Origin: Lachnospiraceae bacterium
Lineage (GTDB): Bacteria; Bacillota; Clostridia; Lachnospirales; Lachnospiraceae
Direction of reading: 5' to 3'
NCBI GenBank assembly: GCA_017387565.1
Contig: JAFOEY010000034.1
Span: 16,607-80,606, forward strand
Length of the DNA stretch: 64,000 bases
Of the stretch, positions 11,050 to 19,305 are shown piece by piece (position 1 is the first letter of the stretch; each line of letters starts with the position of its first letter). A model generated the notes under the pieces. The model worked only from the letters and a program-made list of their open reading frames with translations, searched no databases and was not told the DNA's origin. The position numbers and the translations under genes are program-made.

Positions 11050-11078
11050 ATTATACAATTCCCAATCTGATTGGTCAA
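11050..11078 (-). promoter_or_regulatory. SigA promoter for the mutS2-like leader
   Basis: TTGACC-17-TATAAT on the minus strand. Confidence 0.7.
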
Positions 11079-11118
11079 GTATTAAATCTCACTGCCACTA
11101 AGACAGTATTATTTTTTT

Positions 11119-11159
11119 GGGGGGGGGGGACGGTTCTTCTGTCATGAGAAGTGTCCCCA
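11119..11159. repeat. G11 homopolymer fused to a GGGGAC..GTCCCC palindrome (family 3)
   Basis: G run 11119-11129. 11126-11159 is 29/34 identical to 45671-45704. Confidence 0.8.
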
Positions 11160-11172
11160 TGAGTGCTTATCC

Positions 11173-11202
11173 TTGACAAAAACATAGCAAAAATGTTATC
11201 AT
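11173..11202 (+). promoter_or_regulatory. SigA promoter of the amidohydrolase operon
   Basis: TTGACA-18-TGnTATCAT. Confidence 0.55.
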
Positions 11203-11272
11203 GCCCCATGCAAGGGTGCTCGTAAATCTGAGCGCCCTTTGATTTTTTATCATCATTATATGATACCACAAA

Positions 11273-11327
11273 ATGCGTAGCAATCCGTTGGTATCATGGG
11301 GCAAAATACCTTTGCCCCCAACATCAT
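11273..11327 (+). repeat. Palindromic repeat family 2 copy
   Basis: ATGCGTAGCAATCCGTTGGTATCATGGGGCAAAATACCTTTGCCCCCAACATCAT. Related copies at 10691-10745, 4232-4304 and 1818-1860. Confidence 0.85.
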
Positions 11328-11358
11328 TATAATTATATTGGATTGGGAGGAAAATGCT

Positions 11359-12585
11359 ATGACAGCAGAGGAATTACTACAGGAAGCTGCAGGCTACGAA
11401 GAAAAACTGATTACCACCAGACGTTATTTACACACGCATCCCGGCACAGGTTTTGATATTGAAGATACCGTCGCCTATGTCAAACAGGAACTGATTGCTA
11501 TGGGTTATGAACCTAAGCCCTGTGGAAAAGCCGGTCTTATTGCTCTTGCAGGAAAAAAGGAAAACGGTAAAACTTTTCTTCTTCGTGCGGATATGGATGC
11601 GCTTCCGATGTCCGAAGAAGCGGACGTTGAGTTTGCATCGGCAAACGGAAAGATGCATGCCTGTGGTCACGATATGCACACCACGATGTTACTCGGTGCA
11701 GCAAAACTTTTAAAGGATTATGAAGATGAAATTAACGGAACCGTGAAACTCATGTTTCAGCCTGCCGAAGAAATCTTCGAGGGTTCCCATGATATGATTG
11801 AAGCAGGCCTTTTGAAAAATCCGGACGTAGATGCGGCCCTTATGATTCATGTCATGGCATCAATGCCAATGCAGGCAGGAACCGTCATCGTCAGCGATGG
11901 TGGCGTCAGTGCTCCTGCTGCTGATTATTTCACCATAAAAATTCAGGGAAAAGGCTGCCACGGTTCCATGCCGAATAACGGTGTCGATCCCGTCAATGTC
12001 GCTGCCCACATTATCACTGCCCTTCAAGAGCTTCATGCAAGAGAGCTTGCACTCACCGATGAAGCCGTCTTAACTATCGGTTCCATCCACGGCGGTGCCG
12101 CAGCTAATGTTATCCCGGATACAGTAGAGCTTGGCGGTACCATCCGGACATACGATGAAGAAATCCGAAGTTTTATGAAAACAAGAATGACGGAAATCTC
12201 CCAAAGTATTGCCACAGCTTTCCGCGCTACAGCCGAAGTATCCTTTGGTTCCGGCTGTCCGACTTTAAACAATAATCCGGATTTATCAGCCTGTGCGGCA
12301 AAATATCTCAAAGAACTGTTACCTCCGGGCAAAATTTTTACCGCAGCTCAGTTAAATGCCTTATCCGGCGACAAAAAGCCACCAAAATCTGCCGGTTCTG
12401 AAGATTTTGCTTATGTAAGCCAGGAAGTTCCTTCCGTTATGTTAGCCTTGGCTGCCGGAAGTCCAAATGACGGATACTGCTATCCGCAGCATCATCCGAA
12501 GGCAAAATTTGACGAAGCAGCTTTAGCAAGCGGAAGCGCCGTTTATGCATACACAGCCATGCGCTGGCTTGAAGAACATGAATAA
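11359..12585 (+). CDS. M20D family amidohydrolase
   Basis: LLRADMDALP, MHACGHDMH, FQPAEE, KGCHGS, GSEDF, HHPKAKFDE. Start at ATG 11359 after GGGAGG. Confidence 0.92.
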   Translation: MTAEELLQEAAGYEEKLITTRRYLHTHPGTGFDIEDTVAYVKQELIAMGYEPKPCGKAGLIALAGKKENGKTFLLRADMDALPMSEEADVEFASANGKMHACGHDMHTTMLLGAAKLLKDYEDEINGTVKLMFQPAEEIFEGSHDMIEAGLLKNPDVDAALMIHVMASMPMQAGTVIVSDGGVSAPAADYFTIKIQGKGCHGSMPNNGVDPVNVAAHIITALQELHARELALTDEAVLTIGSIHGGAAANVIPDTVELGGTIRTYDEEIRSFMKTRMTEISQSIATAFRATAEVSFGSGCPTLNNNPDLSACAAKYLKELLPPGKIFTAAQLNALSGDKKPPKSAGSEDFAYVSQEVPSVMLALAAGSPNDGYCYPQHHPKAKFDEAALASGSAVYAYTAMRWLEEHE

Positions 12586-12702
12586 TCTTCTTTGAATATG
12601 CATTTGGTTTTCGGATTGTCAATCTGTTTGCCAATCTGTAACAGACCTAAAGAAAAAATGAAAAAGCACAAAAATTAAAAATATGAAAGTGAGGTATTTG
12701 TC

Positions 12703-13413
12703 ATGAAAGAAATCATCCAAAGCCCCCTGTTACTTACTCTGGTCACTATCGGTCTGATCTACATCTTAGGTTTTTCACTCGTTTATTTGAAAAAAGCCTA
12801 CAGCCGTTGTCTGGAAATGGGAATCACAAAAGAAGAACTGAAAAAAGTCATTAAATCCAGCGTCGTATTTTCGATTGTTCCGAGTTTATCCATCGTTGTC
12901 GGTCTATTCGCCTTAATCTCAGTATTAGGTGTTGTATGGTCCTGGTGGAGACTTTCCGTTATCGGCTCTCTCTCCTATGAATCGCTGATTTCAAGCAGCG
13001 TTTCGACCGCACTCGGCTTTTCCTCCAATGCGGAAATGTTAGCAAATGCTACCGGAAGAGAATTCGGTGTCGTTATGATTTTGATGAGTATTGGTATGTT
13101 AAGCGGTTTCTTTATCCTGATACCTTTTGGTAAAAAACTCTCTATGAGTGTAAATAAAACCGAAAATTCCAGCACATGGAAATATGTTTTGAGCGGCACT
13201 TTCATGCTTTGTCTCTTTGCCGTTTATGTTCCCGTATTATTGTTTGGTGATACTATCCAAGCCGCAGTTATGTTAACCGGCTTAGTGATTGCAGTTGGTC
13301 TTGGTATTCTTGCCCAAAAGAGCCCGAAATTACGTTGGTTAGGTGATTTTATCATGGCCTTCTCCATGATTGGTGGTATGATTTCATCTATTTTATGGAC
13401 CAGTATATTTTAA
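12703..13413 (+). CDS. DUF5058-like membrane protein
   Basis: Multi-TM protein with the SIVPSLSIV...WWRLSVIGSLSYE pattern. Confidence 0.7.
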   Translation: MKEIIQSPLLLTLVTIGLIYILGFSLVYLKKAYSRCLEMGITKEELKKVIKSSVVFSIVPSLSIVVGLFALISVLGVVWSWWRLSVIGSLSYESLISSSVSTALGFSSNAEMLANATGREFGVVMILMSIGMLSGFFILIPFGKKLSMSVNKTENSSTWKYVLSGTFMLCLFAVYVPVLLFGDTIQAAVMLTGLVIAVGLGILAQKSPKLRWLGDFIMAFSMIGGMISSILWTSIF

Positions 13414-13434
13414 TAGCAAAAGGAGGAACTACAT

Positions 13435-14193
13435 ATGAAAAAAGAAAATAAAACCACACAGACATTAGATCCGTTTCAGGCATGGTCTCATAAATGGGGA
13501 CGTTTTGGCACAGTCATTGCTTTGATTTACATGATTGCACTTCCTTTTGTTGTGCTCACATACTATGATGCCATTCCCTCTTTTGGAGAAGTTATCAATA
13601 TCTCAACCATCAGTATTTTGATGATTTATATTCCGGTAGGTATCTCAGAAGCTCTCAGCTATACTCCAATCCTTGGCTCCTCTTCCTACCTTACTTTTAT
13701 CACAGGAAATATTATGAACTTAAAACTTCCCTGTGCAGTAAATGCTTTGAAAATCACGAAAAAAGAAGCAAATACACCGGAAGGTGATGCAATTGCTTCC
13801 GTAGCAGTTGCAGTCAGCTCCATTATGACCGTTTGTATTTTAGCTCTTGCTGCACTGTTTAGTACCTGGATCAGCCCGGTATTCGAGCTTCCGGCTGTAA
13901 AAACAGCTTCCAACTATATTATTCCTGCATTGTTCGGCTCTTTAACGCTCGGACTGTTTTCAAGTACTAATGCAGGAAATAAAGTGGTTAAAAATGGTAT
14001 CATGGGCGTTGTACCGGTTCTTATCATCGTATCCATTCTTTCTATCCTGGTACGTGTGACAAGCGGCGGTTCCCTGTTTGGCATGGTCGGATTCCTGATT
14101 TTATTTATGCTTCCAGTGGCCCTGATTTCTTCCCGCATTATGTGGAAAAAAGGTGTCATCAAGGTTGTAGATAAGAATTCTACGGAAGAATAG
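13435..14193 (+). CDS. Membrane protein, probable partner of the DUF5058-like gene
   Basis: Multi-TM protein with SYTPILGSSSYLTFITGNIMNLKLPCA. AGGAGG RBS, 22 nt after the previous gene. Confidence 0.75.
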   Translation: MKKENKTTQTLDPFQAWSHKWGRFGTVIALIYMIALPFVVLTYYDAIPSFGEVINISTISILMIYIPVGISEALSYTPILGSSSYLTFITGNIMNLKLPCAVNALKITKKEANTPEGDAIASVAVAVSSIMTVCILALAALFSTWISPVFELPAVKTASNYIIPALFGSLTLGLFSSTNAGNKVVKNGIMGVVPVLIIVSILSILVRVTSGGSLFGMVGFLILFMLPVALISSRIMWKKGVIKVVDKNSTEE

Positions 14194-14327
14194 AATTTTT
14201 ATATATGATTTTCGGTTTGGATGACTTGCCATTTACGTACTATTTCCAGAAATCCAGAAACCTAAATCCGAAAGGATGCATTTTTTAATCATCCTATGAA
14301 TTTATATAGTTAGCATATGTTAACAAT

Positions 14328-14364
14328 AGGAAAGCCTCCACGTTTGCTTGTGGAGGCTTTCCTT
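14328..14364. terminator. Bidirectional terminator
   Basis: AGGAAAGCCTCCAC...GTGGAGGCTTTCCT perfect stem between convergent operons. Confidence 0.85.
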
Positions 14365-14559
14365 TATCTACATCTTTTTTTTATTTCTAACTGTAAAAAT
14401 ATATTTGGCGAATATGCCACACCGAGAAAACGCCAGTTTTCGAGGTTGAATCTAAACAGTTACCTTTATTTTACGATATCACGAATAGATACTTTTTATA
14501 CTCGCAATCCACAGATATCATGGTTCTGTAAATCAGTACCCATATTGACAATGCAGATT

Positions 14560-15486
14560 TTAGAATACCGGGATTACTGCATTACCATATGTTTCCTCGA
14601 TATAGCTTTTTACACCGTCACTCAATACGGCGTCTACCAATGCCTGTGTTTTTTCAGAGTTTTCATTGCCTTCTTTTACAACAATCACATTTGCATAAGT
14701 ATCTGCTGCTAACGAATCGGAAGCTTCTACTGCGATAGCATCTGCTACATTTAAGCCGCCTTCTGCTGCATAGTTACCATTAATTGCTGCAATATCAACA
14801 TCGGGTAAAGAACGTACCAGTTGTGCTGCTTCAATTTCCTTGATTTCCAGGTTCAAAGGATTTTCTTCGATGTCCAGTACAGTTGCTGTTAAGCCTGCGC
14901 CCTCTTTTAACTTGATTAAGCCCTGTGCTTCCAGTAATAAAAGTGCTCTTGCTTCATTGGTTGTATCATTCGGCACGGCTACAACAGCACCATCTTTTAA
15001 GTTAGCAATGCTATCTGTTTTGCCGGCATAAAGTCCAAATGGCTCAAAATGTACAGCTGCTACAGAAACCAGATGAGTTCCATTTTCAGCATTGAAATCA
15101 TCCAGATACGGCTGATGCTGGAAGAAGTTTGCATCCAGTTCACCATCTTCCAATGCTGTGTTGGGTAATACATAATCATTGTATTCTACAACCTGTAAGT
15201 CATAACCTTCTGCTGCCAGTGTGTCTTTTACCTGTGCTAATATTTCAGCATGGGGTGTAATGCTGGCTCCGACCTTTAAAACTTCTAATTCCTCTGTTGC
15301 GGTATCTGTCGTTTCTTCAGTTGTTGCATCAGCTGTGTCAGCATCTTCTGTTTCCTGTGTTGATTCCTCTGTTGCCGCATTTTCTGTAGTTTCATTTGTT
15401 TCACCATCGTTTGCTCCACATCCTGTCAGTCCTACAACTCCGAATGCCAATGTTGCGATTAATAATGTTGCGATTTTCTTTTTCAT
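14560..15486 (-). CDS. metQ: Methionine ABC transporter lipoprotein (MetQ/NlpA)
   Basis: Lipobox LTGC, acidic linker, GASITPHAEIL, DANFFQHQPYL, PNDTTNEARAL, INGNYA. Confidence 0.92.
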   Translation of the reverse strand: MKKKIATLLIATLAFGVVGLTGCGANDGETNETTENAATEESTQETEDADTADATTEETTDTATEELEVLKVGASITPHAEILAQVKDTLAAEGYDLQVVEYNDYVLPNTALEDGELDANFFQHQPYLDDFNAENGTHLVSVAAVHFEPFGLYAGKTDSIANLKDGAVVAVPNDTTNEARALLLLEAQGLIKLKEGAGLTATVLDIEENPLNLEIKEIEAAQLVRSLPDVDIAAINGNYAAEGGLNVADAIAVEASDSLAADTYANVIVVKEGNENSEKTQALVDAVLSDGVKSYIEETYGNAVIPVF

Positions 15487-15513
15487 AATTTTTTCTCCTC
15501 TTCTTTCTTTTTT

Positions 15514-16179
15514 TTAGTTTCGGATACGTTTATCCGTTTTATTTGCAATAAACATGCCAAGCTCCTGGAATACCTGTACAATAATGACCAGTACAAATAC
15601 CGTTGCCCACATGATATTGGCCTGATAGCGATAATAACCGTAATTGATAGCGATTGCTCCAAGTCCGCCGCCACCGGTAAATCCTGCCATTGCGGAATAG
15701 CCAAGCAGAGTTGCAAATGCTATGGTACATCCGACAAACAAGGATGGTTTTGCCTCCGGCAGTAACACTTTCCAGATGATCTGGAAGTTGCTTGATCCCA
15801 TGGCCTGTGCCGCTTCAATTACGCCCTGATCCACCTCCTTTAAAGATGATTCCACCATTCGTGCAATAAACGGAATGGCTGCTACAATCAGCGGAACTAC
15901 CGTTGCATTTGTTCCGATCGTCGTTCCTGCCACAAGCCTTGTAAAAGGCAGAATGGCAATTAACAAAATAATAAAGGGTATGGACCGGGTTAAATTCACA
16001 ATCACGCCCAATACCGTATTGACGATCCGACATCGGCAAATTCCGTTTTTATCTGTTATAAAAAGCAGTACTCCCAAAGGAATTCCCGCCAGATACGAAC
16101 AGGCTGTAGAAAGGATTACCATATATAAGGTTTCCAATGCACCTTTGTAAAGCAGTGTAACTAACTGATTAAATTCCAT
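15514..16179 (-). CDS. metI: Methionine ABC transporter permease
   Basis: RSIPFIIL, EAAQAMG EAA loop, SAMAGFTGGGGLG, YGYYRY. Confidence 0.92.
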   Translation of the reverse strand: MEFNQLVTLLYKGALETLYMVILSTACSYLAGIPLGVLLFITDKNGICRCRIVNTVLGVIVNLTRSIPFIILLIAILPFTRLVAGTTIGTNATVVPLIVAAIPFIARMVESSLKEVDQGVIEAAQAMGSSNFQIIWKVLLPEAKPSLFVGCTIAFATLLGYSAMAGFTGGGGLGAIAINYGYYRYQANIMWATVFVLVIIVQVFQELGMFIANKTDKRIRN

Positions 16180-17170
16180 CCACATCTTCCTCCTCGTAAT
16201 GAACTCCTATCGAATCCAGATATTCTTTTGCTAAAGCAATTACCGCTTCATCCTGCGGAAATTCCAAAAGCATCTGGCCATATGCTTTTCCTCCGATATC
16301 TTCTGTTCCGGCTCCCAAAATATTGACCGGGATATGACATTTTAAAACCAGATTGGCCACAACCGGTTCGGAAGATGCCTGCCCACCAAAAACAAGTCGG
16401 AATACCTTTCCCTGATAGGTCCGGTTGTCAAATTTTTGTTTGGGATAAATCATTTCCTGGGCTACTTTAGTTTTGGGTGATAAAAATACCTCCTGTACAC
16501 TTCCCTGCTCAACGATTTCTCCCTCATTTAACACAGCCACATGGGTACATATTTTTTCCACCACACGCATTTCATGCGTAATGACGATAATTGTAACGCC
16601 CAGCTTTTCATTGATTTCTTTTAAAAGCTCCAAGATGGAATTGGTCGTATTGGGGTCCAAAGCACTGGTTGCCTCATCACACAAGAGGTATTTCGGCTGT
16701 GTAGCCAATGCCCTTGCAATTGCCACTCTCTGTTTCTGTCCTCCTGATAGCTGTGCAGGATAGTGATACATTCGGTCTTCCAGTCCTACCAGTTTTAAGA
16801 GTTCAATTGCCCGCTCCTTTGCTTCTTTTTTATTTGTGCCTGCAATCTCTAAAGGATAACAGACATTTTTCAAAGCGTTTCTTTGTGACAATAAATTGAA
16901 CTGTTGAAAAACCATTCCGATTTTTCTTCGCTCTTCTCTAAGTGCCGCATTTCCAAGTGTCGTCAGTTCTGTATCATCTATAAAAACTTTTCCTCCTGTT
17001 GGTCGTTCCAACAGGTTCACACATCGTACCAATGTTGATTTTCCGGCACCGGAAGAACCAATGATACCAAAAATACTTCCATCTTCGATGGTAAGATTTA
17101 TGTTTTTTACGGCTTCGGTCTCTTTATTCTTCTGAACAAAAGTTTTGCTTACCTGTTCCAGTCGTATCAT
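16169..17170 (-). CDS. metN: Methionine ABC transporter ATPase with C-terminal NIL domain
   Basis: GSSGAGKST, LSGGQKQR, DEATSALDP, ITHEM, C-terminal NIL-like VNILGAG. Confidence 0.93.
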   Translation of the reverse strand: MIRLEQVSKTFVQKNKETEAVKNINLTIEDGSIFGIIGSSGAGKSTLVRCVNLLERPTGGKVFIDDTELTTLGNAALREERRKIGMVFQQFNLLSQRNALKNVCYPLEIAGTNKKEAKERAIELLKLVGLEDRMYHYPAQLSGGQKQRVAIARALATQPKYLLCDEATSALDPNTTNSILELLKEINEKLGVTIIVITHEMRVVEKICTHVAVLNEGEIVEQGSVQEVFLSPKTKVAQEMIYPKQKFDNRTYQGKVFRLVFGGQASSEPVVANLVLKCHIPVNILGAGTEDIGGKAYGQMLLEFPQDEAVIALAKEYLDSIGVHYEEEDVDGI

Positions 17171-17211
17171 GTCTTTTCCTTTCTTTGATTTTCTTTATAC
17201 TGTTATTCTTA

Positions 17212-17290
17212 TTCTGAAATCGAGTTTTCTCAATTCCTGTTTTTCTGAAATCAATTTTTCACAATTCCTATATTTTGAAATCAGACTTTT
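17212..17290. repeat. Degenerate ~31-bp tandem repeat (about 2.5 copies) in the metN 5' region
   Basis: TTCTGAAATC at 17212 and 17243, TTTGAAATC at 17274. Confidence 0.6.
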
Positions 17291-17303
17291 TAATGCCTGT
17301 TAT

Positions 17304-17338
17304 GAAAAAAACGCAGGCGCACCATTGCACCTGCGTTT
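17304..17338 (-). terminator. Attenuator terminator upstream of metN
   Basis: AAACGCAGGTGCA-ATGG-TGCGCCTGCGTTT (13-bp stem) plus U-tract. Confidence 0.85.
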
Positions 17339-17359
17339 GCTAAAAATCTTCATTGTATT

Positions 17360-17461
17360 TTATCGCTTTCGGGGTGCAGGAAAATAAACCATATCATGTC
17401 TTGTCATCATACAGCAGCGTGTTTGCATATTCATCATCATAGTATTTACTGTTTTTTGCAT
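17360..17461 (-). CDS. Met/Cys-rich leader peptide MQKTVNTMMMNMQTRCCMMTRHDMVYFPAPRKR
   Basis: 33 codons with 8 Met and 2 Cys, strong GAAAGGAGAG RBS, directly upstream of a terminator and metNIQ. Not in the ORF track. Confidence 0.8.
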   Translation of the reverse strand: MQKTVNTMMMNMQTRCCMMTRHDMVYFPAPRKR

Positions 17462-17563
17462 AATATCGTTCTCTCCTTTCCTCTTTTGCTTTTTGTTCCT
17501 TTCGATGTGTTTAGTATAGCATCATGCAAAGAAATGTGTTAATACGCAAAATTTATAATTAGT

Positions 17564-17580
17564 CATAGGGAAATACTATA
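17564..17580. promoter_or_regulatory. LysR-type (MetR/MtaR-like) operator
   Basis: CATAG-GGAAATA-CTATA, upstream of a TGnTATACT -10 (17513-17521) of the met leader. Confidence 0.45.
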
Positions 17581-17734
17581 ACAAGCAATCAATTTCTTAA
17601 TCAGCAAAAAAATCTAGAGCTGGCACTCTAGACTTCTTTCGACGCACTTGGAATCAAACTAACTTTTCTTAGCTAAGTTCATATTACAACCTTTTTTCCA
17701 AAATACAACAATAATCATATTCAATTTTGTTAAT

Positions 17735-17768
17735 CGAACTTGTGTTCTGTTTTAGGTTATGTTATAAT
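17735..17768 (+). promoter_or_regulatory. SigA promoter of the small toxin gene overlapped by a LexA (Cheo) box
   Basis: CGAAC-TTGT-GTTCT (17735-17748) overlaps -35 TTGTGT (17740-17745), then 17 nt, then TGnTATAAT (17763-17768). Confidence 0.7.
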
Positions 17769-17848
17769 GAATTTAGTAGCAATTTGCTACGGGCAATCGT
17801 GTTACAGGGTGGTTGACCTCTATTCTACATAGAATGGAGGTGATGCTG

Positions 17849-17935
17849 ATGAAGAAATTTGACTTTAAAGACTTAATGTCTTTCGGAATGTTTCTCTTAG
17901 CATTGCTGACATTCATTTATTTGATTTGTCAGTAA
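17849..17935 (+). CDS. Type I toxin-like small membrane peptide MKKFDFKDLMSFGMFLLALLTFIYLICQ (holin-like toxin type)
   Basis: GGAGGTG RBS, 28 aa with a basic N-terminus and single TM. 5' UTR (17791-17820) is complementary to the 3' region (18000-18026). Not in the ORF track. Confidence 0.8.
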   Translation: MKKFDFKDLMSFGMFLLALLTFIYLICQ

Positions 17936-18032
17936 TATAAAACAAAACCTTCCCTGTACTTTGGCTAGTGCGAGAAGGTTTTGCATTAAATCTTTTATAA
18001 GGCCAACCACTCTGTGGCGATTGCCTTTTCTA
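17935..18032 (-). ncRNA. Putative antisense antitoxin RNA (~100 nt)
   Basis: Convergent promoter TTGTAA-16-TGcTATAAT (18065-18038). Hairpin AAAACCTTC...GAAGGTTTT (17943-17983) followed by a U-rich tract on the minus strand. Confidence 0.65.
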
Positions 18033-18142
18033 TTTACATTATAGCAAAAAACAGAAATATTACAACTAGTTTCTCAAATTCGTTTGTTCATTTTTACTAA
18101 AAGCGAAGTATCATACTCTGTGATCCGAAAAATCAATTTATC

Positions 18143-18556
18143 TCACATCAACCAATCCATATAATATAGCTCTATTCCACTATTCATAAATTCAAACAAA
18201 GTGCAGGCCATCCTTCCTATTATACTAACACCCGCTAAATTCAATAGAACAGCTATAATAACCCCCAATATTACACATGCCCAGATAATAAAAATTTGAC
18301 CTTTACATTGTTTACTATTGATTATCTTGATTGTAAGGTAAATGGTTGGAACAAGAATAAATGCTATGATTACTATAGTCACTCCTATGCTGACAATATA
18401 TCCAATACCGGTTAGATATCGTCTATACCCAGCCCACCCATAAGACACATTTATCTTATAATTAACATCGAATCCTATTCTAAAGGCAGTCAATATTTCA
18501 ACATATAATACCAATAAAAAATACTTCAATCCTATATTCTTTTGCTTTGCTTTCAT
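18143..18556 (-). CDS. Hypothetical membrane protein (AT-rich)
   Basis: 137 aa with 3-4 hydrophobic segments. Start overlaps the upstream stop (ATGA). Confidence 0.6.
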   Translation of the reverse strand: MKAKQKNIGLKYFLLVLYVEILTAFRIGFDVNYKINVSYGWAGYRRYLTGIGYIVSIGVTIVIIAFILVPTIYLTIKIINSKQCKGQIFIIWACVILGVIIAVLLNLAGVSIIGRMACTLFEFMNSGIELYYMDWLM

Positions 18557-19197
18557 TCAATAATATGCTCCTCACAAATCACAAAAGCATTTGTATCGTA
18601 ATCATACTTATAACTACACTCCACATGTGTATTCGTATCTCTTCTATAACTTCCAATTATCAAATTTTTATCTTTATCAATCTGATAATTCGGTATCTGT
18701 TCGAAAGATGCGTTATAAGCAAATACTCCACCATAATTTAAATACACACAATGAACCAAAGCTCCCTGAGCACCTGAATGACCAAGGAATATGACTAAAT
18801 CATCAAGTCCATCAAAATTTACATCTTCCAGCTTTGCTTCAAAATCACAAGCGTCATATACATATCTACCAGCGCCAATTTCGTCACTTGATGGATAAGT
18901 TACTACAATTGCTCCTATTTCATCATCTACATAAAAGAAATAATCTCTTTTGTGCTCATACTCTCCCTTTGGAGTATCAATGTACTGTATTCTAACTCTA
19001 TAGCAACGATTCTCTTCAACCCATTCCATAGATTCTATTTTTTCATTATCATCAACCAATTCTACTATTTCTTCTACTCTTTTATCTACATCTACGTTAC
19101 CTGATGCACAAACAAAATCAGCATTTTCTTTCGTTCCACATCCGGCAATAAAAACTATACAAATGACAAATATTGCATACAATATCTTTTTCTTCAT
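18553..19197 (-). CDS. Hypothetical lipoprotein with an EDVNFDGLDDL beta-propeller-like motif
   Basis: Lipobox IAGC and a DxNFDGxxD motif. Confidence 0.7.
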   Translation of the reverse strand: MKKKILYAIFVICIVFIAGCGTKENADFVCASGNVDVDKRVEEIVELVDDNEKIESMEWVEENRCYRVRIQYIDTPKGEYEHKRDYFFYVDDEIGAIVVTYPSSDEIGAGRYVYDACDFEAKLEDVNFDGLDDLVIFLGHSGAQGALVHCVYLNYGGVFAYNASFEQIPNYQIDKDKNLIIGSYRRDTNTHVECSYKYDYDTNAFVICEEHIIE

Positions 19198-19305
19198 AAT
19201 GGTTTTCCTTTTTATGATATATTTCTAATCGTAAAATCCCGATTTATTTCTTTAAGCGAGTTCCTTTCCTCTTTACTCAATGGATTCTTATGATAAAATC
19301 CCAAA

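Noticed and set aside
10691-11327. 55-bp inverted repeats flanking two divergent promoters, suggesting an invertible (phase-variable) promoter switch
   Set aside because: The repeats belong to a dispersed family with other copies (1818, 4232), carry 7 mismatches, and no recombinase is nearby. An inversion cannot be supported without read data.
17170-17700. SAM-I riboswitch or T-box upstream of metN
   Set aside because: Neither the S-box core nor the T-box GGTGGTACCGCG motif is visible. The leader peptide explains the terminator.
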